From Octopus bimaculoides (taxonomy: Eukaryota), in contig NC_068983.1 in the NCBI RefSeq assembly GCF_001194135.2, forward strand, positions 79,053,409-79,117,408: a stretch of 64,000 nucleotides of DNA, read 5' to 3'. Both the position numbers and the translations under genes were made by a program. The notes under the pieces were generated by a model, which worked only from the letters and a program-made list of their open reading frames with translations, ran no database searches and had not been told where the DNA came from. Of the stretch, positions 24,395 to 37,986 are shown piece by piece. The number at the start of each line of letters is the position of its first letter. Within the stretch, counting starts at the first letter, position 1.

Positions 24395-24545
24395 TTTTAT
24401 CAAGCTCATTTTTTTTATGAAACCCATTTTTTTTTTTATGAAACCTATTTCTTTTTATCAAACCGATTTCTTTTTATCAAACCCATTTTTTTTTTTAATA
24501 AAACCATTTTTTTTTATCAAACCCATTTTTTTTTTTCATTAAAGC
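24395..24545. repeat. Minisatellite, about 20-bp unit TTTTTTAT(C/G)AAACCCATT, about 6-7 copies
   Basis: Direct tandem units visible. Confidence 0.8.
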
Positions 24546-24743
24546 CAAGTCGAACCTACTAGGATTTGATCTAAGAATAAATAGGAATGAAACTAAATAC
24601 TATATGATGGCATGAAGTTTAGCTTTCTGCCATTGGTTTCATTTCCGTATGATTCCATTCCATTACAACGATAATTCTTACCAGCATAATCCTAATAATG
24701 ATGTAATTGTGAAATATAAGACATTTTTGCTTAAAATATACAG

Positions 24744-25176
24744 TAGGCACAAGTGTGTTTCCAGTTTCAATCCCACTGCATACCTACTTCAGTAAGTGTT
24801 TTCTACTACAGCCTCAGGCCAGCCAAAGCCTGGTAAGGGGATTTGACAGACGGAAACTAAAAGAAGCCTGTCATGTGTGTGTGTCTCTCTGTCTGTCTGT
24901 GCATGTGTGTGTGTCTCTCTGTCTGTCTGTGCATGTGTGTGTGGGTGTGTGTGTGTGTGCGTGCGTGTGTCTGTGTGTGCATGTGTGTGTGTATTTGTCC
25001 TATATCACCACATAACAGCTGGTGTTAGTGTTAGTGGGTTGACAAAAGATACTGATAGAACAAGTACTAGATATGAAAAATAAAGTACTGCGGTTGATTC
25101 ATTCAACTAAAATTACTTCAAGGTGGTGCCCTAGCATGGCCACAGTCTAATTACTAAAACAGGTAAAAGATAAAAG
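24744..25176 (+). mobile_element. SINE family B with internal (TG)n microsatellite; decayed minus copy at about 25415-25855
   Basis: 5' half, microsatellite, then 3' half ending GCATGGCCACAGTC...GTAAAAGATAAAAG. Confidence 0.8.
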
Positions 25177-27174
25177 CATATGTGAATACTCCATAAGATT
25201 TTGAAAATAACCTAGAATTCCTGATTTTGGTTTTGAAAAACTCTTGAGTCAATAAATAAAAAAGATAAAATTGTGTTTTAGTTACTTATAATATCAGTCT
25301 GTAATATCAGAATATCAGGAATGAAATTTTGCTTTTGGAAGGAAATTCCAAAATATTCCTTAAAATTTGGCTTATAAGCAGAATTATGAAACAGTTTATC
25401 TAATATATTCTCCTATTATTTTACTTGATATTGTCAATGGACTGCAGCCATGATCAGACACCAATTTCAAGGGTTTAATTAAAAAAAATCTCCCAATACT
25501 TGTTCTTATTCCATTAGTTTCTTTTTGCCAGACTGCTAAGTCACAGTGATATCCACAAACAAACAATGGTTGTCAAGCATGTGTGAGATAAACACAAACA
25601 AAACAACGCATGCACACACCTTCATACACACATACACGTGCACACGCACACACATGCACATACACATACATATGCATACACACACACATACGTACACGTA
25701 CACATACACACACATGTGTGTGTAACAGGCTTACCACAGTTTTCATCTGTCAAATTTACTCTAAAGGCATTTACCAGCCTGTGCTATAGTTGAAGACATT
25801 TACCCAAGTTTTTGCACAGTAAGTTTGAACCCAAAACCATATGGTTGGGAATTGAATACAACATATTTCTTGTTTAAAAATATGTAGTTGGAAAATTCAG
25901 AGCTGAGATACTCAATACTACATTTTTTTTTTTTGTTTACTTATATTAATACATGATACTTAAAAATGTAAATACAAGAAATGTAGAGGTTTCAGAAAAT
26001 TTGTTGTATACATTTCCTTCAACTGTGTATGTTTAAAAAATTCTTCAATCTAGATATCACAGAGAAAGACAAAGTTTATTGGCCTCCACTACCCCACATC
26101 ATACAAATAACATCAAATCCTTCTACATTTCTTGTTAAATCCTATCTCTCAGTAATGGCTTACATTGAAGATCTTCCACTTTGATTCCCTCCTTGTTTAC
26201 ATTAGCAGTTATTTACTAACATAAATTCGTGATGTAAAGCAATAAAAAAAAAATCTTGCAGTAACTCTGACGTCTTGTTCTTGAAGAATTTTATTGCCAG
26301 ATAGATTAGTGAAAGAAATTTTATGGAACAAAATTGTAAATTCCTCACATAAAATTTACCCAGTTCTTAAATGGGAACATCATTTTGTTACCCTACTTGT
26401 TACAAGAATTTCAAAAATCACATTCTCCATTACCCAATCTTATTGCCTCTTAATACTTGTGAAGTAGATTTCTTTCCTGTTTTCAAATCTCGCGTCATGT
26501 ATAAAATGTTTTCCAAATCCTTTATTTGTTTATTTTCTTCCCTCTTAATAATTTATTCTACAATTTTACCTTGGTTCCACTGACATTCAGGAACAATTTG
26601 TTACAAATTAATTATCCAAACTTTTATTAAAATTCAGCTATCCATTTCCTTGACCAATTTCCCATTTGTTCAATTTTTAAATCTTGCTAGTAGCTGACTT
26701 CAATTATTCATAGCTGTTCTACGCATGCTGCGTTTAAATATATAGAACCTTGAAGATCTACATAAGAGGCACATAAGACATGTTTATAAAATCTTACAAG
26801 TTGATGTTTTATTTCCATATAAACAACATTTCTCTCTTATTTAAGATAGTGTTATGGGATTCCTTCTTGACAAAAACATCAGATGTAATATTTACACATA
26901 TGTTTGCTGATGTTTTGCTACAGATCAACCTTCAATGAATTACGTAAAAAGAGAAAAAGTAGTGCATTCTTTGAGGGAGATTTTGTTGCTATTTCTAGAA
27001 TGTGGAAAGACCACAGAGTTCTTTCATTGGTTCATGATAACATAGAAATTTACACAGGTGTACAAAACCAGGCACACGCGCACACACACACACATCATCA
27101 TCATCAACACCATCGTTTATATATATATATATGTCCATACACACACATTCACACACATATATACAGACATATAT

Positions 27175-27246
<72 letters not shown>

Positions 27247-27248
<2 letters not shown>

Positions 27249-28870
27249 GGCCCCAACTATGCGAACCTGTTTGCTGGCCCAAATATTCTCAAGTTTCATG
27301 GGTCCCACTCCCGAACTATACGGTCATTATATTGACAATTGTATTGGTGCGACCTCACTCTCCCACGAACATCTAGACTCCTTCCTCTCTTCTGTAAAAT
27401 TTTTCCGTACTGCCCTTCACTTCTGCACTATCTCTGACACCTCTGTCTCCTTTCTTGACATTTCAGTCAGCATCACCTCCATCCACTACAAACACACAAA
27501 CTCACACTCATACCTCAAATTCTCCTCCTCCCACCCTAAACACACCAAGCTTTCCATCCCCTATTCCCAATTCCTCCATCTACACAGGCTCAGTAGTGAC
27601 AACCATGACTTTGAGACTCACTCTCAATTCATAGCTCGCCACTTCATCCTACATTGATATTCTCTCACCACTATCCACACCACCCTTGCCAGAGCACATT
27701 CCATGGACCATGCAACTGCTCTCTCTCCTGGCACCCACTCCGCCCCACCGTCTCCCGTTTCCCCTCACCTACCACCCCACCACCCTACTCTCCAATGCAC
27801 CATTCTCCGAGCCTTCTGGCGACTCCAGTCCGACTCCTCCACTTTGCACATCTTCCCTCCTTCAAATGAGCCCACAACCTACGAGACCTCTTGGTCCACA
27901 GCTTCTTCCCTAACCCAACCTCCCAACCCAGCTCATTCCTCTGCTCCCACCCACACTGCTGCACTTGCCCTTACCTCTCCAACATCACCCTCCTCACCAG
28001 CATCCATCACTGAGCCTATTACATCACTGTCTCCTTCACCTGCACTTCTACCAATGTCATCTACTTTGTCTCCTGCTCTCTCTGCCCTTCTCTATACATC
28101 AGGCAAATGGGATGCCACTTAGCTGACCAGTTTCCGGAACACCTCTGAGACATCCCACTCAGCAATGACACCGCGGTCTTGCACCATTTCCACTCTACTG
28201 GTCACTCTTTGCAACACCTGTTTGTGTTCGGATTGTCTTTGCACAGGGGCCATCTGGACTCCTGTTTGCGTCGTGAACAGAGATTAATCTTCTCTCTTCA
28301 CTCCTTTGTGCCACATGGGCTCAACTCTCCTCCCCTCTCCTCACACCTACTTCATCTCACCCACCTCTCCTCTCTTGCTTTGATTCTTTCTCCTCTCTTC
28401 TCTTCACTCCTACTCACCGCCTTCCTTCCCACACCTTCATCGTCACTCCTCCCTCATAACACCATCCCACCTTCCCTATCCATCTCACCCCACCCCATCC
28501 CTTATGCCCACTCCCACATATCCCACCCTTACCCCCACCCTCAGCCTAACATACACTCACCCTTTCTTTCCCCACTCTCACCTCCACCATCTCCCAACAC
28601 CATCATACCACACCACACACCACTACACCATACACCACCATACCACATCACACTACTACACCTTACACCACCATACCACATCACACCACCATGCACACAT
28701 TAGCACTGTCCACTTCCCAGCCCCACATCCACACACCTACACATACACACGTGCACATGTCAAGGTCACCAGCCCTCTTCCACACACACATACATACTCT
28801 CTTATACACACACGTGCACTTTCATTTTGGGATCACCACTACTTTATTATCTCCCCTTCTTCCTAGCTCT
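27247..28870 (+). mobile_element. 5'-truncated Penelope-like element (RT plus Cys-rich linker plus GIY-YIG; Neptune-like), decayed
   Basis: GPNYANLF; YIDN; SVSFLDISV; [10 protein letters not shown]...[16 protein letters not shown]; CSHPHCCTCPY; NVIYFVSCSLCPSLYI...HFHSTGHS...REQRLIFSL...PHGLN. Starts directly after about 34 TA units; C/A-rich 3' tail. Confidence 0.9.
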
Positions 28871-29274
28871 CTTGTGTGACCCTCCAGCCTTCACAATTTC
28901 ATTCTACGTCTTCTTTGGGTTCTTCTAACTTGAAGTTCTTGGCACTTCATTGAAAGCATGTGGCCCATTGATTAGTGATGTTTGACTCATGAACATAACG
29001 TTGTGGGTTCAGTTTCTTATCTGGTTAGTATGTTGTGTTCTTTAGCATGGTGCTTCATTTCACAGTGCTCCAATCTTTTCAACTGAAAATGAGTACCAGC
29101 CTGATGCAGGTGCACCTCTCTCTCCCCTTCCAGCAATCACATCCTTGGGACAATGGTGGGAAAGCTGAGAGGATGCCTATGTCTGCTTGTGATCACACAG
29201 GCACCTAAAACTATTAGCAAAAGCATGGTACATTATTTCCAAGCCAAACTCATTCAAAACTACATTAGTCTTGG

Positions 29275-29840
29275 CATTTCTTTATGAAGAAGTCCTCCTC
29301 CATACACATCACATGCTCATATCAGCCTTCTCTATTGCATACTACCCTAATTCTTCTTATACCCAATTTGTCACTCAGCTCATTTGTATTCTGTCTCCTT
29401 GTACATGAACATTACACATCCATCAGAGCATCCTTGCTTCATTTCCTTCTAGCTTTCACACATCTTCTGCATTCATGGCTTGCATCTCACTATCAGGCAG
29501 CTTAGCAGTTCTAACACAAGTATCATATAATCTGCCTTCCACCCTGAAACTGAAAATCTTTGTTGCCAACAGCAGTAATAGCTCCCAAAACTTTTTCCAA
29601 TCACTTCTTATCCTGGATACTATACTTTCTGAAAAACTGTCTCCTTTGTTGATTATGTCACCACAACTTTATGTGAACTAACTGGGTTATTTAACAGAGT
29701 CTATATCCAGTGTGCTTTTAGTGCATATTACTCCATTGTCTTTGTCACATACAAAGCTTGCTTTCATTGTTAGCCTTCCTGAGATTCCACTAAACCTCTT
29801 ATGTGATATCTCACACTGGTTACAGTATAGGTGAACTGTT
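29275..29840 (-). mobile_element. Decayed RTE-X-like LINE fragment (post-RT)
   Basis: Piecewise minus translation: YDTCVRTA...LEGNEARML...CNVHV...EHVMCMEED, matching my recollection of RTE-X LYDACVRTAMLHGSE...RWYGHVMRM. Confidence 0.7.
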
Positions 29841-30316
29841 GATTTGGTTTTCATTCTTTGCTTCTTCTACTGCTTTCAGTCATTCAACTGTGGTCATGCT
29901 GTTGCACTGCCTTCAAGTGATTTTAATCAAATATATTGGTATTTTAGATAATTTGTTTGGTACTTATTTCATTAACGTTGTAAGAAGTGAAATGCAAAGA
30001 TATTTTCATAAGAGAACATAACTAAGAACTGAAATGGTAGTTATATTTGAAAGCATCAATTTTTGTTCATTTCACACTGTGTATATAGAAAGGACTTCCA
30101 CACAGTTCACATCTACTGTTTGTCAGTTTCAAGATATTTGAAATCACTTGTTTAAATTACCACACAATGAGATTGTACAAGGAACCAGATGGTTGTGAAG
30201 TGAACTTGTTGACAACATGATCATGCTTCTGTTCATGAATAATGAAACTAAGAAGAAACGCTTGTGTTTGAACACAGCTATGATAAAGACATTGAATTAA
30301 TGCTTATTAAATGCTT

Positions 30317-30586
30317 TAGATGACTGCAGAGTGGAAGACACATGTTAGCCATTCAGAAATACACACAGACTGTTAACTTCACTTAAACATTTATCATTTG
30401 TAATATGGTGTCAAAACGTTTATCACTCAAAACTGCAACCCAGTGTAACGTTGACTGACCAGGTTGCAGTTTCAAGCAACAAACATTTTGACACCTATTT
30501 CAAACAATAAATATTTAAATGAAGTTAACAGTTTTTGTATGTTTCGGACTGGCTAACATGTGTCTTCCATGCTGCAATCATTTTAG
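30317..30586. repeat. Palindrome (arms about 30317-30440 and 30462-30586)
   Basis: GGAAGACACATGTTAGCCA vs TGGCTAACATGTGTCTTCC; ACTGCAACC vs GGTTGCAGT around a 21-bp spacer. Confidence 0.9.
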
Positions 30587-30879
30587 TTTCAACACACAGT
30601 CTCAGATCAAATCCCATGCCAGGCAAGCATAGTTCCATAAAATGCTATAGAGTTAGTGTACTTTAAGTATTTGAATGATTCGTATATAATTACTGTTACA
30701 ACTGTATTCCTATTGTCGCATCCTCAAATCATATGCATGAAGAATCCACAAGTAAAGAATTGCTTCAGTAGTAAGCAATGTATCAAAATATCAAGTTGTC
30801 TTCGGGTTGAATGCTTATAGCAAAGTTAACTCTATTAAAAGTACTGAAGGGTAAAGGGATTGTGTTTGATCTACCAATC

Positions 30880-31250
30880 TACCAATCAAATACAAGTACT
30901 GTCTAATGAACTTCCATGCAATTTCAATTTTGGCTTTTATCTTCTACATTCCAGATCCTCTGCTTCAATGGTATCATATATTTCCTGTAGATTGGTTATG
31001 TTGGTTTGCAACTCCAGCCTGTGTTCCTCTGTAGTTCCTGATAGGTAAGTTTCAAAAGCTTTTTGAACTTTCTCATGTGTTGCAACAACCCTCAAGCCAG
31101 TTGATGATCTTTTACAGTGCTTTTTTGAAGGCTACTGTTTGAAGGCAGTTTCTTTGTTTGTGTGATCAATGCTAGTGTATTTCTGTTATTCACTTCAGAG
31201 CAATCTTGCATTACAACAAAGTGGTTTTTCACTGTAGCAAAGAAGAGTTT
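30880..31250 (-). mobile_element. LINE EN-RT linker fragment (antisense partner of 31660-31990)
   Basis: Minus: TNKETAFK...RVVATHEKVQKAFETYLSGTTEEHRLELQTNITNLQEIYDTIEAEDLE...AWKFI. Confidence 0.6.
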
Positions 31251-31257
31251 ACACTTT

Positions 31258-31659
31258 ACTCTTTACTTGTTTCAGTCATTTGACTGCAGCCATGCTGGAG
31301 CACTGCCTTTAGTCGAGCAAATCGACCCCAGGACTTATTCTTTGTAAGCCTAGTACTTATTCTATCGGTCTCTTTTGCCGAACCACTAAGTTACAGGGAC
31401 GTAAACACAGCAGCATCAGTTGTCAAGCGATGTGGGAAGGGGAGACAAACACAGACATACAAACACACATATATATATATACATATACATATATACGACG
31501 GGCTTCTTTCAGTTTCCATCTACCAAATCCACTCGCAAGGCTTTGGTTAGCCCGAGGCTATAGTAGAAGACACTTGCCCAAGGTGCCACGCAGTGGGACT
31601 GAACCTGGAACCATGTGGTTGGTAAGCAAGCTGCTTACCACACAGCTACTCCTGCACCT
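31258..31659 (-). mobile_element. SINE family B full length; other minus copies 35043-35572, 46203-46598; halves at 38215-38400, 45885-46115, 53585-53735
   Basis: tRNA-like head, CORE-like segment, internal (TA)/(TG) microsatellite, 3' CAAATGACTGAAACAAGTAAAG. Confidence 0.9.
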
Positions 31660-31990
31660 AGATGGCTGCTACACAAAGATGTTCAAATGGCTATGGATGC
31701 AAAATGGCAACAAGTCATGACCAATGAGCATCACTATGGAAACCGTCTGAAAGTGACAAACAAGACCAGAGAACAATATCTCTGCATATCAAATCATTGC
31801 AAGCAGCACCAGGAAGAAGAAACATCAAAATTTGTGCTCTGGGACCCACAACATGATACCAGGAAGCATGGGAGACATCATCTGACATTTATCAAGAACC
31901 TGAAGGAGGTCACAGGATTGGACTCTGTCCCCAAATGGAAGCGGGTAAAGATGAATCAAGACACTAGAGAAAATGACTTTGTCTTCAAGG
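31660..31990 (+). mobile_element. RTE-like LINE C-terminal fragment
   Basis: DGCYTKMF...WQQVMTNEHHYGN...SKFVLWDPQHDTRKHGRHHLTFIKNLKEVTGL. Confidence 0.75.
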
Positions 31991-32906
31991 AACAGCTGGA
32001 AGCCCTGCCAAAGTAAAGCAAGTTATCTTTTACTTGTTCTAGTCAATGGGATGTGGCTATGCTGGGGCACCACCTTGAGCAATTAGTCAAACAAGTCAAC
32101 CACACTATTTACTTTTTAAGTCTGTTACTTATTCTAACAGTCTCATCTGCCAAATTGTTAGGGTTACGGGGATGTAAACAAACCAACACCAGTCATCAAA
32201 TGGTGGTGGGGACAAACACAAGCATAAAGACATACACACACACCATCATCAACTGCACTTCAGTTGACTGCAAAGATCATTGCAGAAGGTCTGCAAGTTT
32301 TTTATTACAACAACTTCAATCATGAACCTAACATAAAATTTATACAGAGAAGTTTACCATGACATGAGCTTTTACAATAAGCTGTACAAAGAGATGATGT
32401 GTCATAAATGTCAAGCAATTTTGGAAATGTTCTTCTCTACTGAAGATGATGAACTGTAAGATAGAAGATAATGTCCCTCATCAATTCAGGAACTCTCATT
32501 CTACCGCCATCATTTACACGGCAGTCAGCATCTTTTATAGTAAGAACATATCTTATTACAATATTACGATTCTTGTTTATTCCCTCATGTATATCTCTTC
32601 AAATATTTTTATGGACTCATATTATTACTGTGTACGTTTAGAAATTGTTATTTTCATGCATAAAAGTGGTCACATTGCTTATTTTGTTGCCGTTATCATT
32701 TTCTTTTTGTTTCCTTTTTTTATTTTAAATATCCTATGGAATGCTTTATTGTTTTAAAACATGAAGTCAATTTGAAAATTAATTCTGTATTTCAGGATTT
32801 TGCATTATCGCAAGTTTTTCAGGAACATATTCTGGGAGTAATGCAGGGGATTCCTCTACACACACACATTCATGCACAAACACACACACACACACACACA
32901 CACACA

Positions 32907-32950
<44 letters not shown>

Positions 32951-33121
32951 AACACACACATGCACACTCACACACACAAATAGAAGGAGAGGGAGAGCAA
33001 AGAAGAGAGGGAGACCAAGGAAGAGAGGGAGATAGTTTTTACTTATATGATAGAGTGAATTGAAAACTTTGATCAACTGTGATAATCCTTACAATTAAGA
33101 AACAATAGCATACTGAAGAAG

Positions 33122-33509
33122 CTGGTTGGTTGGCACTCCGTCACTTACGATGTCGAGGGTTCCAGTTGATCTGATCAACGGAACAGCCTGCTCGTGAAAT
33201 TAACGTGCAAGTGGCTGAGCACTCCACAGACACGTGTACCCTTAACGTAGTTCTCGGGGATATTCAGTGTGACACAGTGTGACAAGGCTGACCCTTTGAA
33301 TTACAGGCACAACAGAAACAGGAAGTAAGAGTGAGAGAAAGTTGTGGTGAAAGAGTACAGCAGGGTTTGCGGCCACCCCCTGCTGGAGCCTCATGGAGCT
33401 TTAGGTGTTTTTGCTCAATAAACACTCATAACGCCCGGTCTGGGAATCGAAACCGTGATCCTATGACCGCGTGTCCACTGCCCTAACCACTGGGCCATTG
33501 TGCCTCCAC
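33122..33509 (-). mobile_element. SINE family A, full length, 10-bp TSD
   Basis: TSD ACTGAAGAAG at 33112-33121 and 33510-33519. Confidence 0.95.
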
Positions 33510-34375
33510 ACTGAAGAAGTACCTAAAGTCTAAAATTCACAAGCAAAGGAGATAACTCCAACATGAGTAAAAGATAGAAATATTAATGTGAAAACAAACC
33601 AACAGTGATACTCTCATATTACTCTTACCCACCAATAAGCAGTGAATGAGTGAAAATTGCAACCATTAAAAAATTGTAATTAATGACAATAATATTTATA
33701 AATCAGGGCAGCAGACTGACAGGATCATTACTATGCCTGTTGCATGGCAATACCTGCTGCATGGTAATGCCTGCTGCATGGCTCTTTATGTTCTAAGTTC
33801 AAATGCCACTGAAGCCAACTTTGCCAATCATTCTTTTGGGGTTGATAAAATAAGTATCAGTTAGTGTAGTCAACATGCCCCTCCCCTCAAAATTACCAGC
33901 CATGTGCAAAAACTGGAAAAGAATAACAGTCATAAATTTCAGCATAAAATGAATAAGTAAAATAAATCGAGTTGTAAGATACAGATTTGAAAATTCATTG
34001 CTTTTGTTGTTAAACTTCAGTTGTACCTCTGGCAAGTTAGCGGTTCACAGTATTTGTATTAAACCCCTGCACTATAATTTAAATTCTGCTGAGGTAAATT
34101 TTGCCTCTCATCCTTTCAATGTCAATAAAAAAAATGTACCAGTCCACTGTGTTAGCTTGGCATAACTGTTAAAAAGGTTGTGAAAGCTGTCTTGCAGTAT
34201 CTGTTCTTCCTCTTTGTGTTCTGTCAGTAATACTTGTGATGACAATGATGCTAAGCTATATCATCTGATGCAGGTGGTCTTTCTCTTGGAAGAATATTGA
34301 TGGTGTGGAGAGGAGAGACTTGCATGCATGGACAACTGACCAGTTCTTCTTGAAAGTCTTTCCAAAGCCTATAAA

Positions 34376-34596
34376 TACAAAGGAAAACTGAAAAATTCTT
34401 GGCTTTAAGTGTATCACAGAAGGCCTGGTTGGAGGACCATCCTTCTGAGTTTTTTTTACAGGGATTAGAAAAACTAAATGACTGTTGTACTAAGCGTGTG
34501 AATCTGAGAGGGGAATACATTGGATAAAATCATAATTAACTGATCCTCCTGTATATTCTTGTACCCAAAGCCAGGAACTTTCAGCACTCCCTTGTA
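34376..34596 (+). mobile_element. Mariner MITE (about 220 bp) with both TIRs and TA ends
   Basis: TACAAAGGAAAACTGAAAAATTCTTGGCTTT / AAAGCCAGGAACTTTCAGCACTCCCTTGTA; internal AWLEDHPSEFFLQGLEKLNDCCTKRVNLRGEYIG*. Confidence 0.85.
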
Positions 34597-35295
34597 TATG
34601 AGCAGTAAACATATATATACTCCCATGATTCCCTTTGACTGAGGGAGCACCGCTACCCTATTCCCTCCACCAAGTGAGCTTTTGATCAAACTGGTATTCC
34701 AGCTGCGAACCTCTTGTCCCTTTGTACAGGCATAGTGAATTTCAGTTTAGATTATCCAATATCTCTTTCCTTTTTATACTAGCACAATGTATGTTTTGAG
34801 GGAAATTTGGGTTCCTATCTCTAGCAGGTTTAACAACCATGTTGAATAAGTGTGAGGAATCCCTTTTCTTTTGTACCAAGGACAAATTATAAATGCATAA
34901 TAACTCATGGGATGCAAGCTGCGCCATGAAAGATCTATCATCTAAAATATTCATAAATATATGTAACTTGCATTAAACTATTATTTTAGTCTAAGGTATT
35001 AAAGCCTGTTTGGTTATTTTTTTTAATATTCCTCTTTTATTATTTTACTTGTTTCAGTCATTTGACTGCAACCATGCTGGAGCACCGCCTTTAGTTGAAC
35101 AAATTGACCCCAGGACTTATTCTTTGTAAGCCTAGTACTTACTCTATCAGTCACTTTTGCTGAACCACTAAGTTACGGAGACAGTAACACACCAGCATCG
35201 GTTGTCAGGCAATGGTGAGGGGACAAACACAGACACACAAACACACAAACACATACACACGCACATGTGCGCATGCACACAAACACAAGCACGTG

Positions 35296-35389
<94 letters not shown>

Positions 35390-36129
35390 GCAATTCGAAA
35401 CATCCATATATATATATATGACAGGCTTCTTTCAGTTTCCATCAACCAAATCCACTCACAAGGCTTTGGTCAGCCTGAGGCTATTGTAGAAGACACTTGC
35501 CCAAGGTGCTATGCATTGGGACTGAACCTGGAACTATGGTTGGTAAGCAAGCTATTTACCACACAGCTACTCTGTGGATGTTTCGAATTGCTTTTTATTT
35601 TAGCAGGTGGTTTCAAATTTGAAGATGAGTAAAATTTTATCTGTAAACAAGGGGATTCTATTCCTGATACAAAGGCTCCATCGTTGGTTCAAGTCTTTTA
35701 AAAGTAATACTGCATTATTTGAACAGGCAGCAAAATCGACCATAATAGTTTTGAAATGCAATGTGATTGTAAGGAAGTTAGTGTGAATATATTTATATAT
35801 GTGATATAGATTTTAGATAAAAAAAAAAAAAAATTATTACACTATTAACAAGATTCAAGTACTTATTGCTAAAACAGATGCCTTGTGATATGGGAAGGAT
35901 GAGAGAATAGACAATGAATGAGAAGAAGAGAATAGAAGACAAGGGTTGTTATAAATGTAGATAATATCTGAACCAGAGAAAAATTATTGAACAATTTTGA
36001 ATGAGACAACCTAGTTAAATCTAAGAGACTATGAAGTTCGCCCACAAAAAAGTTTAAAGGACATAACAACTTTTAGAAAGGGAATTGTAAAATTCTATCC
36101 ACCTCCTACCAACATTAAACAATGGCAAT

Positions 36130-36395
36130 AAAATCGTTAGTGGTGTTGGTAGAGGCAGTGGTAGTAATGGTGGTGACAGTGGTGTTGGTAATGATGGTAC
36201 TGTGAAGATGCAAGTGTAAAAGAATGGTTGGATAGATGGTTGCCATGGTGGCAGTGGTGGTGGCATTGTTAGCAATTGTGGTGGCAGCAGCAGCTGTGGC
36301 AATGGTGGTGGATGTGGTGGTGGCAGCAGTGGCAGCGGTGGTAGCAGTGGCAGCGGTGGTAGCAGTGGCAGCGGTGGTAGCAGTGGCGGCAGCAG
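36130..36395. repeat. (GGT/GCA)-derived low-complexity tract with 18-bp units GTGGCAGCGGTGGTAGCA
   Basis: Visible tandem units; explains the Pro-rich and Ala/Thr-rich ORFs. Confidence 0.85.
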
Positions 36396-37071
36396 CATGA
36401 ATTTTCTGTGCCTGAGGTAGGCAACAATAACTAGTCAAATTACAAGAAGGAACTGATAACACAGAGAGAGAGAGGGGGGGATGAAACAAAAGAGGAGAGA
36501 AGAAAAATAATCACATTAACAAAAATATCAACATTGTCAAAACTATAATGACAGTTGTGTTAACAGTCTTATGTGATAAATTACCAATGTATGACATTGA
36601 GAAACATTTATGACAGAACCTAACCTTATACTCTTAGTTCCTCTCCTATGTTCTCATCATTACCAACAAGCCAGAGAAGCAAACAAGAAAGCATCACCTT
36701 TAAAAGCAACTAATTTATCTCTTCCTATAGAACCATTGAAAAATAAAATAGATATGACAGGAGGAAGAAGCATTTAATGAATATTAACAATTGATAGCCT
36801 TGCTATAGCTGGTAAGGAATAATAATTTCAATAGAAATTGTATATAGCCAGATAAATTCTGGCCAAGGGAACACACTTCGTCTCCAGTAGAGATTCTTAA
36901 GTAATGACCTACAGAGCTAAACAGTTAAAAACAAGATTCCAGCTGAACTTAACATCATTTGTTCTTTCATCTTGTTTCAGCTAGTTAAAAACTGTAAATT
37001 CTGAAAGTATCAAAGTACCATAACATGACATTTGATAACACACACATGCATGCATGCATATGTATACATAC

Positions 37072-37118
<47 letters not shown>

Positions 37119-37154
37119 CACACATACATACACATACATACACACATGTATATA

Positions 37155-37202
<48 letters not shown>

Positions 37203-37222
<20 letters not shown>

Positions 37223-37530
37223 GTTTAAGGTCCACTTTCCATGCTGGCATGGGTTGGACGGTTAGAGTGGGGACTGGTCAGCCAGATGGCTGCACTAGGC
37301 TCCAATCTGATCTGGCAGAGTATCTACAGCTGGATGCCCTTCATAATGCCAACCACTCTGAGAGTGTAGTGGGTGCTTTTATGTGCCACCGGCATGAGGG
37401 CCAGTCAGGCGGTACTGGGAATGGCCATGCTCAAATGGTGTTTTTAACGTGTCACCTGCACAGGAGCCAGTCCAGTGGCACTGGCAATGCCCTCGTTCGA
37501 ATGTTGTTTTCCATGTAGCACCAGCACAAA
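37203..37530 (-). mobile_element. Family C non-autonomous retroelement (RTE-type 3' tail, (GAT)n end); other copies at about 38440-38640, 39370-39790, 45790-45870, 47380-47575, 49885-50105, 51345-51720, 56868-57008
   Basis: Shared sense-strand GGTTGGCGTTAGGAAGGGCATCCAGCTGTAGAAAC...CCCATGCTAGCATGGAAAGCGGACGTTAAACGATGATG motif. Confidence 0.85.
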
Positions 37531-37563
<33 letters not shown>

Positions 37564-37940
37564 TACACACAACTAACATGGTCAGCAGCAGAGTCGACAA
37601 GCGCAATAACAACAACTACCACAATGGCAATACAGTGGACAAACACACATACACAGAGGACTACAGGAACTGTACCCTTTTTTTTTCTTGCGTCTTAGGA
37701 CTGCAGCAGCACAAAGGGGTGAGAGGTTAGGCCTGAGGGGAAGGTCACACTGCTGCTAAAAACTGAGACACACACCTACACACACATGCACATGCACTCA
37801 CACACATACACACATGCACATGCACTCACACACATACACACACCCACAAGCAAGGACACAAACACATGCGCACATAAGGATACACATCTGAGAAGAACAG
37901 AATGGAGTAAGTGGCACAAGAACACACATGGAAACAGAAA

Positions 37941-37986
37941 GTGTCACTGAAGAGGTCACAGATGCGTGATGAAAGATTTCCGGACA
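37941..37986 (+). ncRNA. Degenerate minimal hammerhead-like motif in a (TA)n-bounded insert (37563-38125); homolog at about 63535-63690 minus
   Basis: UGUCA-CUGAAGA-G-GUCAC-AGAUGC-GUGAU-GAAA-GAUUUC-C-GGACA; the second copy has UGACA, pairing with UGUCA. Confidence 0.4.

Noticed and set aside
26330-26720. Minus-strand stretch PECQWNQGKIVE...IKDLENILYMTRDLKTGKK (possible retroelement relic)
   Set aside because: Multiple stops and only a weak resemblance; cannot assign.
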